A stretch of DNA of 64,000 bases from Eledone cirrhosa (GCA_964016885.1 OZ024742.1:51150001-51214000), one strand, 5' to 3'. Counted from the stretch's first letter, positions 26,101-37,091 are shown. Program-made: numbers and translations. Notes: generated by a model not told the origin, from the letters alone.

Positions 26101-26619
26101 TTCAAAACGCCTGAGCAGGTTGGTGAGGCTCTTGCACCCTCCACCCCTATCCGCTAATCCCACACAGTCCCAGCGTGCATCTAAGATCCCGTTCCAGTCG
26201 CCCACTAACACTAAAGAGCGGGACGTTCCAAGAAAGGTCTCCAGACGCCGGAAGAAATCAGGCCGCCCTGCTCCTGTCGGGGCATAGACGGCCACTAGCC
26301 TGAAAGCTTGCCCGTCTCCGCTGGTCACGTCCAGCACCACCAGCTTACCCTCTGGGTCCAGGAAGATGGCCCGTATGGCGAGATCCAAACCTCTCCGAAA
26401 AAGTACAGCAACTCCTCCACCGGATCCAGGACGGCTGGGAGATGCGTACACATCGTAGCCGCCGAAGATCGGTGCGAAGGCCCGTGCTTCGGAGATTCTG
26501 GTCTCGCTGATGGCCACTACATCTATGTTTAGTGACCTGAGGTCGTTGAGCAGGTGACCCTGCTTCCATGACGACCCCAAGCCACGCGCATTTATGCTGC
26601 CTATTCTGAGTGAGGTCAT
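23200..26619 (-). CDS. B2 ORF2, 1139 aa: APE endonuclease, reverse transcriptase, zinc finger
   Basis: Uninterrupted ORF. Motifs SINARGL, SET, VYAP, GDWN, YLDR, TDH, KSPGLDG, FRPITLLN, DQSKAFD, RQGCPLS, YADD, CPRC-x8-H-x4-C. Confidence 0.95.
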   Translation of the reverse strand: MTSLRIGSINARGLGSSWKQGHLLNDLRSLNIDVVAISETRISEARAFAPIFGGYDVYASPSRPGSGGGVAVLFRRGLDLAIRAIFLDPEGKLVVLDVTSGDGQAFRLVAVYAPTGAGRPDFFRRLETFLGTSRSLVLVGDWNGILDARWDCVGLADRGGGCKSLTNLLRRFELSDRYRLDFPNVPMWTWTNRIGSSRSYLDRVFCREIDRSSIGCPQFKIVSYTDHKFVICVLDLDRLHRRGPGYWKLNASLPARKAYRDRISELVKRALTGAIVNNKWWFALKRAIRIESIRFSKALAIEKNRAEGELVRKLDEALSKGIASDVLAAKLALDQFFNAKHEGCVVRARVRALRHEGTKAVQWARVAEARRGNKATIRSLVDHDGRMLLDPGQMCEAFQRHFAQLFGGSGGPGRGMDFSVYLDGLPRLSATEARCCEKPITAAEVREAMTGCTRGKSPGLDGLPYELYVQMPDLFGGLLADVYCNWQQNGRIPSSVSRGAVALLRKDPNKGDNIDNFRPITLLNTEFKILAKVLAKRLALVVGGLVGEAQTCAIPDRSIHDNLHLMRYIVERVAREPGTGGSLINLDQSKAFDRVDHRYLAAVLRAAGFGPVFRGWIAAMHSDICSVVRVNGHLSEPFNIMRSVRQGCPLSSLLYVLTLEPLLHKLETLRGVPRELGCGRSVSAYADDVTVVVSNAKHIEAIGTTLREYEAVTGAMINQEKSVGLQLGTWRGRSMPSNSVVGRWTDGPVKLLGVWFGPDLQTDKNWDEVTSRVASLTQKWAERKLSLKGRAEVANAYIASVICYRLTVVPCPKPRLTALERLLFRFLWKGRAPMVRRSICCQHPLRGGLGMPWLMMRRHALRLRHLHLFLDGDQVWSPFARRVFPQLVSLTELQSWVKRRPRGSAWRLECLQALTALDQSGNVIGGNSTSAFYRGLVEGKSDDVLGETLGVDENQLANLFGRTFGPGPMDNFQKSLAWQCYRGALPVRDKLYRHGGAVSRACPRCAQGDETVLHALVQCPKIADLWVYVEHLLSRLGRIQLSSESIVRIAPPSSFSREGQAVFICLVAMAKEIVWWTRLKGLKTSPYLFGDALIDFFKFHLKRKIRVEKEVLSSQHFVERWVREARMARVNGPTLSIYL

Positions 26620-26654
26620 GTTTAAAATAGAGTGGAAAAGATGGGAAAGACCAC

Positions 26655-28751
26655 TTACCGTATTTTTGGTAGAGGAGGGATGGTTTTTACATCCCTTTTC
26701 ACTTGATCGTCTGGTGAAGGGACCGTTGAATCGTCCCTTCGGCTGGTCGTCGGCTCTTCTAAGAGAATGTCTGAATATACTCTTCGATTAATGGTTCCTC
26801 CTAGGTCCCTGAAATCACCAACTGCGTTGGGGAATTTCGTTTTAATGTTTGTGTATTGTTTCTGTGCTATTTTTAGCAGTCTTATGTTAGTTGGCGTTTT
26901 GATTGGTGCTGGTATTATGTAGTCCTGTTGTGAAATGTCTGTGTGTTCAATTATGTAAGTCATTAGTTTCTTGTTGTGTGTGTTTATTGCCGTGCATTTG
27001 TTTTTCTGGGGGTGGGGTGTGGTTCTGCTATTTTCTTGTCGTTGTTGCTGGGTGTGTGTGTTTTGTTGTTGTGTTTGCGATGTTGGTGCTTGTGGTGGTG
27101 GTGTTGAAGGTGTTGTTGGCGGTGGGGTTGTCGCCGGTGGTGATGGTGGTGCTGGTGTGGGTGGTGATGGTGTTGGTGGTGTTGCTGCTGTGGGTCTCTT
27201 TGCAGTAGACTTTACCCTTTTCTCATTTCTTTCCTCCCTTTTCAAAGGCGACGATGCGCTGCTTCTGCGTTTGTGCCTTCTTGAGACCTTTTGCCATCCC
27301 TCTCCCACCTCACACTCCATGTCTGATTCTGTAAGGTCGGGGAGGGGTACCAGCTCCACTCTTTCACTTGTTGTTGTTGGTGATGTTTGCACTGGAGTCT
27401 CTGTTGCAGCTGCATTTGGTATTGCTGTTGTTGTTGTTAATATTTCCACTGCTGCTGCTGTCTTTGATTTCCGTGGAGTGGGTATGGGTGCCACGGACCT
27501 ATCGTTCCTGGTTGCCGCTTGTCCTGTTGCTGGTAGCCGTGGAACCGGATTCGGGAGGAGGGGGGTTTTCTCCTTTCTCAGGGTCTTCTCGTTGCAGAAG
27601 GCCCTGAGGTGAGTCTTCGATCCACAGCGAAAGCATTTCGGGCGTTTGCCCTCAACACTTATGGGCAGTTGAGTGCCGTTATCGAAGTCTATCACATCCG
27701 GGATAGCTTCGATGCACTCCTGGTTGGTTTGGATTAGCATCTCAATGGAGGAGCCGACCCAATCTTCTCTTACTTTTTTCTGTACTTGCAGTACAGTTGT
27801 TTTGTCCTCGATTCCGACGAGGACAGACGCGGCCAGCCAAGAAGGGGTCATTCCGGGGGGGACGTGGGTCAGTTTGACCCTCACAATTTTTTGCCCGCAG
27901 TAGGAGGGCACCAACACCATTTCCTCGCTCCTTAGGGTCACTACTGATTGGGCCTTTGCCTCCTGGGGTGTGGCAAAAAGTACGTCTACGGTGGCGTATT
28001 TTTTGCCTCGGGTGATGTGCGTTTTCCTCTGCCACACAGACCCCAAGGCTTTTTGTATTTGGGCCTCTGTGGCTCTTTCCACCCTACGGGATTTTGTACT
28101 TACTGTACGGTACGTGACCGTACAGTGCTCTTGGGTTTCGAAAAAATTTTTCGCTGCCTTGCAGATTGCTCGGTGTCCGTTCTTTGTCACCATCTTCTTC
28201 GCTTCCTCTAATTCCTCATTTGTTATGAGGATTGTTTCCAGGTTTTTCGCAATACCTGCAAATGAGATTGGTTTTTCTCTGCTGTTGTTGTTGTCGTCAG
28301 AGCTGCTGGTACTTTTGTTGTTGCTGCAGGTACTACGACTACTGCCTCCGCCGCTGTTGCTGTGGTTGTTGTTGGTGTTGCTGCTGCTAATGCTGTTGTT
28401 GTTTATGCTGCTGGTGATGCTGTTGCGGCTGCTACTGTTGTTTTCATTGTCACTGTTGCTGTTGTTATTACGGCTGCTACTGCTATTATTCCTGACGTCA
28501 GACGAATGAACTGGGTTTTCGTATTTCCCGCACACCTGTTTCGTCGCTGTCGTCGTCGTCGTGGAGAAACCTTGCACGCTTTGCACGAGACTTTTCTTTT
28601 CTTTCGTCGCTTGCGAAAGAGAAGGGAGGGAGAGAGACACATTTAAAGAAGGGAGGGAGAGAGACAATCTTCTCTCTCCTGTAGTGATGATTGAGGAAGA
28701 AGAAGACGGAATGAGTGGGAGTGACGTATGAAATTTCTTTTTGGTAGCCAT
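26655..28751 (-). CDS. B2 ORF1, 698 aa: low-complexity S/N and P/T regions, conserved core, CCHC zinc knuckle
   Basis: Uninterrupted ORF from ATG in AACATGG context. CFRCGSKTHLRAFC fits CX2CX4HX4C. Confidence 0.9.
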   Translation of the reverse strand: MATKKKFHTSLPLIPSSSSSIITTGERRLSLSLPSLNVSLSLPSLSQATKEKKSLVQSVQGFSTTTTTATKQVCGKYENPVHSSDVRNNSSSSRNNNSNSDNENNSSSRNSITSSINNNSISSSNTNNNHSNSGGGSSRSTCSNNKSTSSSDDNNNSREKPISFAGIAKNLETILITNEELEEAKKMVTKNGHRAICKAAKNFFETQEHCTVTYRTVSTKSRRVERATEAQIQKALGSVWQRKTHITRGKKYATVDVLFATPQEAKAQSVVTLRSEEMVLVPSYCGQKIVRVKLTHVPPGMTPSWLAASVLVGIEDKTTVLQVQKKVREDWVGSSIEMLIQTNQECIEAIPDVIDFDNGTQLPISVEGKRPKCFRCGSKTHLRAFCNEKTLRKEKTPLLPNPVPRLPATGQAATRNDRSVAPIPTPRKSKTAAAVEILTTTTAIPNAAATETPVQTSPTTTSERVELVPLPDLTESDMECEVGEGWQKVSRRHKRRSSASSPLKREERNEKRVKSTAKRPTAATPPTPSPPTPAPPSPPATTPPPTTPSTPPPQAPTSQTQQQNTHTQQQRQENSRTTPHPQKNKCTAINTHNKKLMTYIIEHTDISQQDYIIPAPIKTPTNIRLLKIAQKQYTNIKTKFPNAVGDFRDLGGTINRRVYSDILLEEPTTSRRDDSTVPSPDDQVKRDVKTIPPLPKIR

Positions 28752-28964
28752 GTTTTTTTGTTTAAAATGAAATTTTGGGTACAAAACCCCAATAACTGGC
28801 TATTTAACCCCGAAGGGCCAAATAACGGACAGAAAGACCCCTCTCACGAGGAGGAGGGTGTCTTTATCAACAATTTGGTTCAAGTTTTAAACAATTTACA
28901 ATTGTTTTAACGGTTAAAAATTACTATACCTTACAGAGCCGAGCCTCCGTCAACCATGGCATTC

Positions 28965-28984
28965 AATAATAATAATAATAATAA

Positions 28985-29015
<31 letters not shown>

Positions 29016-29035
29016 AAGAAGAAGAAGAAGAAGAA
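28965..29035. repeat. (TAA)n followed by (AAG)n
   Basis: Directly visible. Confidence 0.95.
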
Positions 29036-29434
29036 CCTGGAACACAATAGACCTGACTTGGTGGTTTTGGATAAGGGAAAAATATCGTGCTTGTTTGTGT
29101 ATGTAGCCTGCCCATTCGACACGAGAATGCAAGAGAAGGAGAAGGAGAAATTTAACCGATACCAGGACTTAATGTGGCAGGTAAAAAGGGTTTGGAACTG
29201 CCATGAGGTCAAAGTTTACCCGATTGTCATAGGCGCACTAGGTACTATCTCAAAGAATTTCCAAGGATGGTTAAAGAAAATTGGTCCGGCCCCGCTTTTT
29301 GGAACATTTCAAAAGGCATGCTTGCTGGGAATAGCTAGAACCCTCCGATACGTCCTGAATATCTGCAGATAGTGGCTTGATATTCATTTCAACAAATTTT
29401 CCAGTTAAATAGCATCAATGACTGAGACTAAAAG
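29031..29434 (+). mobile_element. Short 3' fragment of family A (A4)
   Basis: [28 protein letters not shown], followed by an A-type 3'UTR. Confidence 0.9.
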
Positions 29435-29444
29435 TATAATAATA

Positions 29445-32400
29445 CTCATGATTTCTTTATTGGCCAGAAGGGCTCACAACAAGAAAAACAATACAGATCG
29501 CACAGGATGGTACAGAACGGTACAGGACGGTACGATGTGGGTTTTGTGCGTATAAAGATTTTTATTATTTATATAAGAAAAGAAAAAAAAGACATAGAGA
29601 CATATATATATATAAACAATAAAAATGAAAATTGAAACAATGAAAAATTCCCCAATAGGAGGAAACCTCTGACGGTTACTCGCGCGAAAACCAGATAAAA
29701 GACCACGGCCATCCTGACTACCAGGGCAAGCGCCCTCTCTCGATTTTTCCATTTCTCAAACTACAGGCGTATATTCAGAGCGGTCGCGTTTACTAGGATC
29801 ATTCTCGCTACATTCAGCCACCTTTCAACAAATTGCTAGAAGGCAGCACTTGCCTCTCCACCCTGATTTTCCTCTTCAAGTGAGACATGAAATAGTTAAT
29901 TAGGGATTCGCCGAAGCGGAATATGTCTGTCTTTAACCCTTTCAACCTTGTCCACCACACGATCTCTTTCGCCATGGCCACCAGGCAGATGAAAACCGCC
30001 TGCGCTTCCTCCTCGAAAGAAGACGGCGAGACTATCTGCAAAATGGACTCAGATCAGTCCTACACGCGACAGCAACTGTTCGACATGGATCCACAAGTCA
30101 GCAATGCTCGGGCAATGAACGAGTGCGTGCACGACGGTTTCGTCGCTCTGCCCGCATCTCGGACAGGCTCGGCTGACGGCACTTCCGTGCCTGTAGAGGT
30201 TATCTCGAACCGGAAACGCTCCCCGGTAGCACTGCTAGGCCAGGGATTTTTCGAAGTTATCCATAGGCCCTGGGTTGAAAGTTCTTCGGATGAGAGCAAA
30301 CAGCTCATCGTCTTCGACTACCAGGATCTCTCCGAGAACGTCGTCGCTCTTCCCCTCCACTAGTCCTCTATAGAACGCCGCGGTGGATGTTCCACCAATA
30401 CTGGTGCCAAGCTGGAAGAGGTCAGTGAGCGCCTGGAGACATTCCAGTTTCCAAGCGCTATACCTAGGTCTTTTCCTGACCCAGGACTGAAGCTCTGTCA
30501 AGGAGACGACCTGTGGGAAAACGTGCCTGGCGAACGGCGACCACACCTGTTGACCGTCAAGGAAGCACCAGAGATGTCGCAGCCTCAGCGCTTATTTGCG
30601 CATCATCAGACATGGCATGCCCAGTCCTCCACGCAACGGGTATTGACAGCAGATGGATCGCCTGACCATGAGAGTGCGTCCCTTCCACAAAAAGCGGAAG
30701 AGGAGGCGCTCCATTTCGGTGAGAATTGGACCGGGGCAAGGGACGACAGTGAGGCGGTAGCAGATGACGGATACGATGTACGCATTCGCCACCCCCACCC
30801 GGCCTTTCAGGGACAGCTTCCTCTCGGCCTATTTCTGGGTTAGGGAAGCCACCTACTTGTCACCTCGCTCCAGTTTTTCTCCATCTGGAGGCCCGGGCCG
30901 AACCAGACCCCGAGCAATTTAACCGCTCCGTCCGTCCAACACCCCACGACGCTGTCGGGCGGCATGGACTTGCTTCTGCAGGTGCCGAGCTACAAGCCAC
31001 GCGACTTTTCCTGGTTTATCTTTGCTCTTGTGACCGCTTCGTATTTATTGAGACCGGTGCCGAACCTCTGGACGTGTCTCGTGCTCGACACCACCACTGT
31101 GACGTCGTTGGCGTAAGCCGCCTCGGATTTCCCGCATCCTAGTTCGCGTGGGACGCCCCTCATCGCCCCCTAGTTTGTGCAGTAACGGCTCGAGAGCCAA
31201 TACGTACAAGAGGGACGTGAGGGGACAACCCGGGCGGACCGAGCACATAACGCTGAACGGCCGCGACAGGTAACCGTTCCCCCTCACATCTGAGCAGATG
31301 CCGCTGTACTCGCAGCGATCCAACCCCTGAAAACGGGCCCGAAATCGGTTGCCTCCAGCACCGCTGTCAAGTACCAATGGTCGACCCTATCGAATGCTTT
31401 GGATTGATCCAAGTTGATCAGAGCACCACCCGTGCAAGGTTTCTTAACCACCCTCTCTATGATGTATCGCATGAGGTGGAGGTTGTCGTGTATGGATCTG
31501 TCCGGGATAGCGCATGTCTGCGCCTCTTCCACCAGACTTTTCACGACAAGCGCCAACCTCGTTGCTAACACCTTAGCCAAAATCTTGAACTCTGCGTTTA
31601 TGGGCCTGAAGTTATCGATGACATCCCCCTTTTTCAGGTCTTTTCTCAGCAGCGCCACCGCTCCCCGGCGCACAAAACTGGGAATGCTCCAGTTATGCTG
31701 CCAGTTGCAGTAGACGTCTGGCAAGAGGTCACCGAACAAGTCTGGCATACATGCATAAAGCTCGGAGGGCAGAGCATCCAAACCTACCGATTTACCCCTC
31801 GTGCAGTTAGCCATCGCTTCCTGTATTTCACCGGCTGTTATTGGCTTTTTGTAACACTGTGCTGCGGTCGTCGAGAGCTGAAGCAATCCGTCGAGTTATG
31901 CACTGAAGTCCATACGCTGAAAAGCTTCACACATCTGCTCGGTTTTAGCAACACCCGCCCGTTTTGGTCAGATAAAACCGAATTGTGGCTTTTTTACCAC
32001 GTCGCGCCTCTGCCACCCGAGCCCATTGGACGGCTTTTGTCCTCTCGTGTTTCAGAGCACGCGCTCTATCTCTGACAACGCAGCCTACGTGTTTTGCGTT
32101 GTAGAATTGGTCGATTTTCAATCTCGCCGCAAGCACGTCGGTTGAGATGCCTGTCCTAAACGCCTTTTCTAGCTTTCTAACTAACTCTCCTTCTACTCTA
32201 TTTTCCTCTATCACTACTCCTTTACTAAACCTTATCGATTCTACTCTAATAGCCCTTTTCAGGGTAAACCACCACCTGTTGTTGACGATCGCACCCGTCA
32301 ACGAACGCTTAACTAATTCGGTATCTGTAAGCTTTGCACGCCGGGAACGACGCGTTCGGCTTCCAGTAGCCGGGCCCTTGCCTATGGCGTCTATCTAAGT

Positions 32401-35028
32401 CAACTTCACAGATCAAAAAATGTGTGGACCGTGTAGTCGACTACTTTAAATTGTGGACAACCTACACTAACCTTATATGTTACCCAACAGAATACCCTAT
32501 CTAAATACGATCTGGATGACTCGATGCGGTTTGTCTATTTCCATATTGGCACATTCGGAAAATCCAGTCTATACCTGTCAGACAGTTCAAAACGTCTCAG
32601 CAGGTTGTTGAGGCTTTTACACCCTCCTGCCATGTCTACTAGCCCCACATAATCCCAGCGTGCATCTAAGATACCGTTCCAGTCGCCCACTAACACTAAA
32701 GAGCGGGTCGTTCCAAGAAACTTCTCTAGACGTCTGAACAAATCTTGCCGTCCGGCCCCTGTCGGGGCGTAGACGGCTACTAGCCTGAAAGCATTACCTT
32801 CGCTGCCGGTCATGTCCAGCACCACGAACTTACCTTCTGGGCCTATGAAGATGGCCAGTATGGCGAGATCTAAGACTCTCCGAAAAAGCCGGCAAACCCT
32901 CCCTCCGATCCTGGACGGCTGGGAGATGCGCATACATCTTAGCCGCTAAAGATCGGTGCGAAGGCTCGTGCTTCGGAGATTCTCGCCTCGCTGATAGCCA
33001 CCACATCTATGTTTAATGATCTGAGGTCGTTGAGCAGGTGACCCTGCTTCCAAGATGACCACAGGCCACGTACATTTATACTGCCTATTCTAAGTACGGC
33101 CATGTTGGATAAGAAGCGGAGTAAGTGAGAAAGGATCACTTACCTTGACTGTGTGGTGAAGGGACACCACACAGGTGTTTCCAAAGGGATGTCGGTGTAT
33201 ATTCTCTTGTAACCGACTCCTAAAGACTCCAACTGTGTTGGGGAATTTTTGCTTTAAAAGTTTCTAATGTTCTATTGAGATTTCTATGATGCTTATGCTT
33301 ATCGGGAGAGTTCTTGGTTTTGGTGGGGAGTAGTACTTTTTTCTCTGATGTCTATGTGCTACTTTATGTGTTGTAGGAGTTCCTTATTTGCCAAGTTTAT
33401 GGCTGTGTATTTTCAGGTGGGAGGAGTGGTTTTGTTGCTGTTTTCTTGTTGCTGTTGGGTGTGCGTGTTTTGATGTGTTTGCGATGTTGGTGTTGTTGGT
33501 GATTGCTGGTGGGGGTGGGGTTGTTGTTGGTGGTGATACTTGTGGTGCTGATGGTGATGCTAAAAGTCTCCTTGCAGCCTTTACCACTATTTATCTGACT
33601 TCACTTTTGGAGGGTGATGCTAAGGTTTTTTTTTCCTTTGTGATTTTTGTGGCAAACAGTTTCTCGCCTCACACTCCATGTCGGACTCCACGGCGTTCGG
33701 GAGGGGTATGAGCTCCACTGATGTTGGTGTTGGTAGTGGAGCCCGCTCCGGTGATATTACCTCCGGCGTAGCTACTGCGACTGTTGGTGTTGCCGCCACT
33801 GATGCCGCTGCTTTAGTTGTCCGTGGCCTTGGTATGGGTGCCACGGACGTTGCCATCCTACTCACCATGGAAGGGTATTCTGCCTTTGATGCCAGCCGTG
33901 CTCTTGGTAGCAGCGGATCAGGTGTCGGAAGGAGTCGGGGGGCTCTTCTTGGATTTCTTCTGCAGGCAGAAGGCCCTGAGGTGACCCTTCTTCCCACAGA
34001 GATTGCACTTTGGGCGCCTTCCTTCCACGCATATAGGGAATCCGAGCCCTTCCTCGATGTCTATGTGGTCTGGGACGGCCTCGATGCACTCCTGGTCAGT
34101 CTGTATTAGCATTTGCATGTCTATTCCTGACCAGTTCTCTCTTCCCATTCTCTGTATTTGCAGTATGGTGGTCTTCTCCTCTGTGGTTCTCTCTACCCGA
34201 TGCGACATGTTGATTACGGTGCGGTAAGTCACCGTGTGTAGTTGCTGATCTTTGAAGAAATCGGGTGGAGGTTTCAGGAAAACTCTGTTGTCGTTTCTCG
34301 ACACCATGGCTCTTGCGACTGCCATCTGCTCCTCCGTGACTAGCACTGTTTCTATATTTTCGGCCACACCTCCGAAAGAAGTGGCCCCTTTTTCAGCGGC
34401 ACCATTATGCTGCCGCTACTGGTCTTGTTGTTGGTGTTGTTACTGTTGCTACTGCTACAAACGGTGTTGTTGGTGTTGTTGCTGTTATCACTGTTGTGGT
34501 TGGTTGTGTTATTGGTGCCACCGTTGTTGTTGTTTTCGGTGCAATTTGTATTGTTGCTGTAGGTGCTGTCGTTGTTTATGTTCTTGTTAGTGGTGTTAAT
34601 ATCGTTGTTGCATTTTTTTTTTTTTGGTTGACACTGTTATTGTTGTAGTTGGTGTGATAATTCTTTCGAAATTAGTGTTCTCAGTGTTGTCTTTGTTCAC
34701 GTTATTTGTGGTGGTGTCTGTTGTAACAATGTTTGTAACCATCTTCTGAACTTTGACGCCGTTATCAGACGACACCGGACGTATTGCTTGTCATGGCTCA
34801 GCCATGTTTTTTTGTTGTTTCTTTTTTTAAACAATTTTTTTTTTTAAAGTAAAATGGCTCAAATATTTGGGCCAAAAGGCCCACATATATTACTTTCCCC
34901 TTCACAGGGCAAAGTCTAAGGGCGTATATCCCTTACACAACCAGAAATATTTAACAATAAATCATTTTAACAGGCAAATAAAGCGACTTACTGGGAGCGA
35001 GCGAGCAAAAAACCTCCGAAGAGACCGA
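29445..35028 (-). mobile_element. Full-length degenerate Tx1/L1-type LINE (B3)
   Basis: ORF1 relic ~34805-33140 (CNLCGKKGHLRAFC). ORF2 relic 33103-29761 with many frameshifts. AATAAA at the 3' end and TAA on both flanks. Confidence 0.9.
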
Positions 35029-35056
35029 TAATAATAATAATAATAATGATAATAAG

Positions 35057-35240
35057 TGTTTCTACTTTTGGCACAAGGCCAACAATTACCCAGGTGCATT
35101 ACTGGTACTTTATGTTATCGACTCCGTAAGGATGAAACGCAAAGTTAATCTCGGCGGGATTTAAAGTTCGATCATACAGGGAGGTAGCTCTATAGTTCAA
35201 AGCATGGCGTCCGACCTTCTACCGATACTGCCAATCCACT
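35057..35240 (-). mobile_element. tRNA-derived SINE
   Basis: Reverse complement of the copy at 52036-52222; lies between TAA tracts. Confidence 0.85.
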
Positions 35241-35247
35241 AATAATA

Positions 35248-35499
35248 GGATTTAAAGTGAAAGTTAAAAAAGATTTGGAACTGCCATGAAATCAAGGTCG
35301 TCCCGATTGTCATAGGCGCACTAGGTACTATCTCAAAGAGTTTACTAGGATGGTTAAAGAAGATTAATCCAGCCCCGCTTTTTGGAACACTTCAAAAGAC
35401 ATGCTTTCTGGGAATAGCAAGAACCCCCCGATACGTCCTTGATATTCATCTCAACAAACTTTCTAGTTAAATAACACCAATAACTGAGACTCAAAGATC
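35248..35499 (+). mobile_element. Short 3' fragment of family A (A5)
   Basis: [22 protein letters not shown], followed by an A-type 3'UTR and (TAA)n. Confidence 0.85.
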
Positions 35500-35526
35500 A
35501 ATAATAATAATAATAATAATAATAAT

Positions 35527-36300
35527 GTTAACCCATTAGTAGTTGGCATCCTCTGGACTGAAATCGCAGACTGAAGGACTGATTATATCAGCACAAGATC
35601 AGTGTCTGCCAACAAAAAAATTATCAAGCCAACATTATAAAAAATGGATGCAACCCATTATGCCGTGTATGTAAAAAACAACCAGCGACCATTGATCATA
35701 CATTGGATAATGTGTAAGCATTTTGACCTGCCCCATCAAAAGAATTGGTGGGAGCATCAATTACCTCCCATACTTGAAAAGGATCACATCTCAATCTTGT
35801 GGAATTTAGCATCCAAACAGACCGAAAAAGAGATGCAAATAGACCTGATATAATACTGAAGGACTTTGAAAAGAGGGTATGCCTGCTAATTGATATGTCC
35901 GTTCCAATAGACAAGAATGTATCTATAAAAACATTTGAAAAATTGAGCAAGTATAATGATCTGGAGTTAGAAATTGGAAAAATGTGGAAGAGGAAAACTA
36001 AAACAATACCAGTGGTTGTAGGCGCTCTAGGAATTATACCTAAGGGGTCTAATGATTACTTATCGCAAATCCATGGAAACCTGCGTATAAGAGAAATACA
36101 AACGGTAGTACTAATGGGAACTGCCCATATACTAAGGGAGATACTATCAATATATGTACATCACAAGTCTAAACACGTAAAGAGGCATGTGTTTGTATGT
36201 ATGTTCTTTCTTGAACATGGCGGACCTTGTTCTCTCTGGAGGTCTCTGGTTGTGACTTGGTGATAACTCGTATGAACATAAAGCAAGATAAATGCAACTG
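35527..36300 (+). mobile_element. 5'-truncated family-C copy (C2)
   Basis: Colinear with C1 from ~15157, with an internal deletion. Same 3' end GATAAATGCAACTG. TAA flanks. Confidence 0.9.
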
Positions 36301-36310
36301 CAATAATAAT

Positions 36311-36496
36311 TGTTTCTACTTTTGGCACAAGGCCAGTAATTCACCAGTGCATTACTGGTACTTTATTTTATCGACCCCGCAAGAATGAAAGGCAAATTTA
36401 ACACCGGCGGGATTTGAACTCAGAATGGCAAGGGCCGTAACTCTATGCGTCAAAGCATGGCGTCCGACCCTCTACCGATACTGCCAATCTACCGCC
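36311..36496 (-). mobile_element. tRNA-derived SINE
   Basis: Full copy, abutting the C2 TAA tail and followed by (TAA)n. Confidence 0.88.
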
Positions 36497-36764
36497 ATTG
36501 TAATAATAATAATAATGATAATAATAACAACCACAACAGCAACGACAACAACAACACACCAACAACAACTACAACAAACGATGCTGACTATTTTCGGTAT
36601 TGGTTAAACACCTGGATATAGAATCAATTAGACCAAATATAGTACAGGTGTTCACAACAGCAAAGGCAGTTAATGACAGTTAGATGAGTGACGCCACAAA
36701 TTTTTAAAAAATCCCAAAACAACAACAAAGGCAACAACAAATTTAGTGGGTAAGTTTTCTTTAG

Positions 36765-37091
36765 TTTTGTATTCTCAAACATCTAAATTCGACAAATTAT
36801 TACCCCATCTATTTCTGCAAATAACTTGTCAGTAGTTGTGAAAGTTGCAAAATATTTGTTTATATTTTATCATTGCAATAGCTGTTTACATTTTATTTGA
36901 AGAAGAGAAATATAAGTGGATCGGACCGCACACACTCTTTATTTCGTGGGGTAGTCTTGTTTAATTTTGTATTCCCAAACATCCAAATTCGACAAATTGT
37001 TGCCACGCTAGTCTGTGTCAGAAGAAATGTGAAAGTTGCATGAATATGTTTTATATATTTTCCCAATGCAATCGTTGATTACATTTTATTT
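36765..37091. repeat. Diverged tandem duplication, ~200-nt period
   Basis: TTTTGTATTCYCAAACATCYAAATTCGACAAATT...GTGAAAGTTGCA...TACATTTTATTT occurs twice. Confidence 0.75.

Larger units (their letters stand above)
22937..28964 (-). mobile_element. Full-length, apparently intact Tx1/L1-type LINE (B2)
   Basis: ~210-nt 5'UTR, open ORF1 and ORF2 separated by 35 nt, 3'UTR with AATAAA (22948-22943), (TAA)n on both flanks. Confidence 0.94.

Noticed and set aside
3898-28964. A1+B1 and A3+B2 as one segmental duplication
   Set aside because: A1/A3 are nearly identical, while B1/B2 are more diverged and have different ORF1s. Boundaries coincide with element ends.
5176-34590. Numerous antisense or overlapping ORFs inside the retroelements
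   Set aside because: These are shadow frames of the real ORFs with no recognisable motifs.
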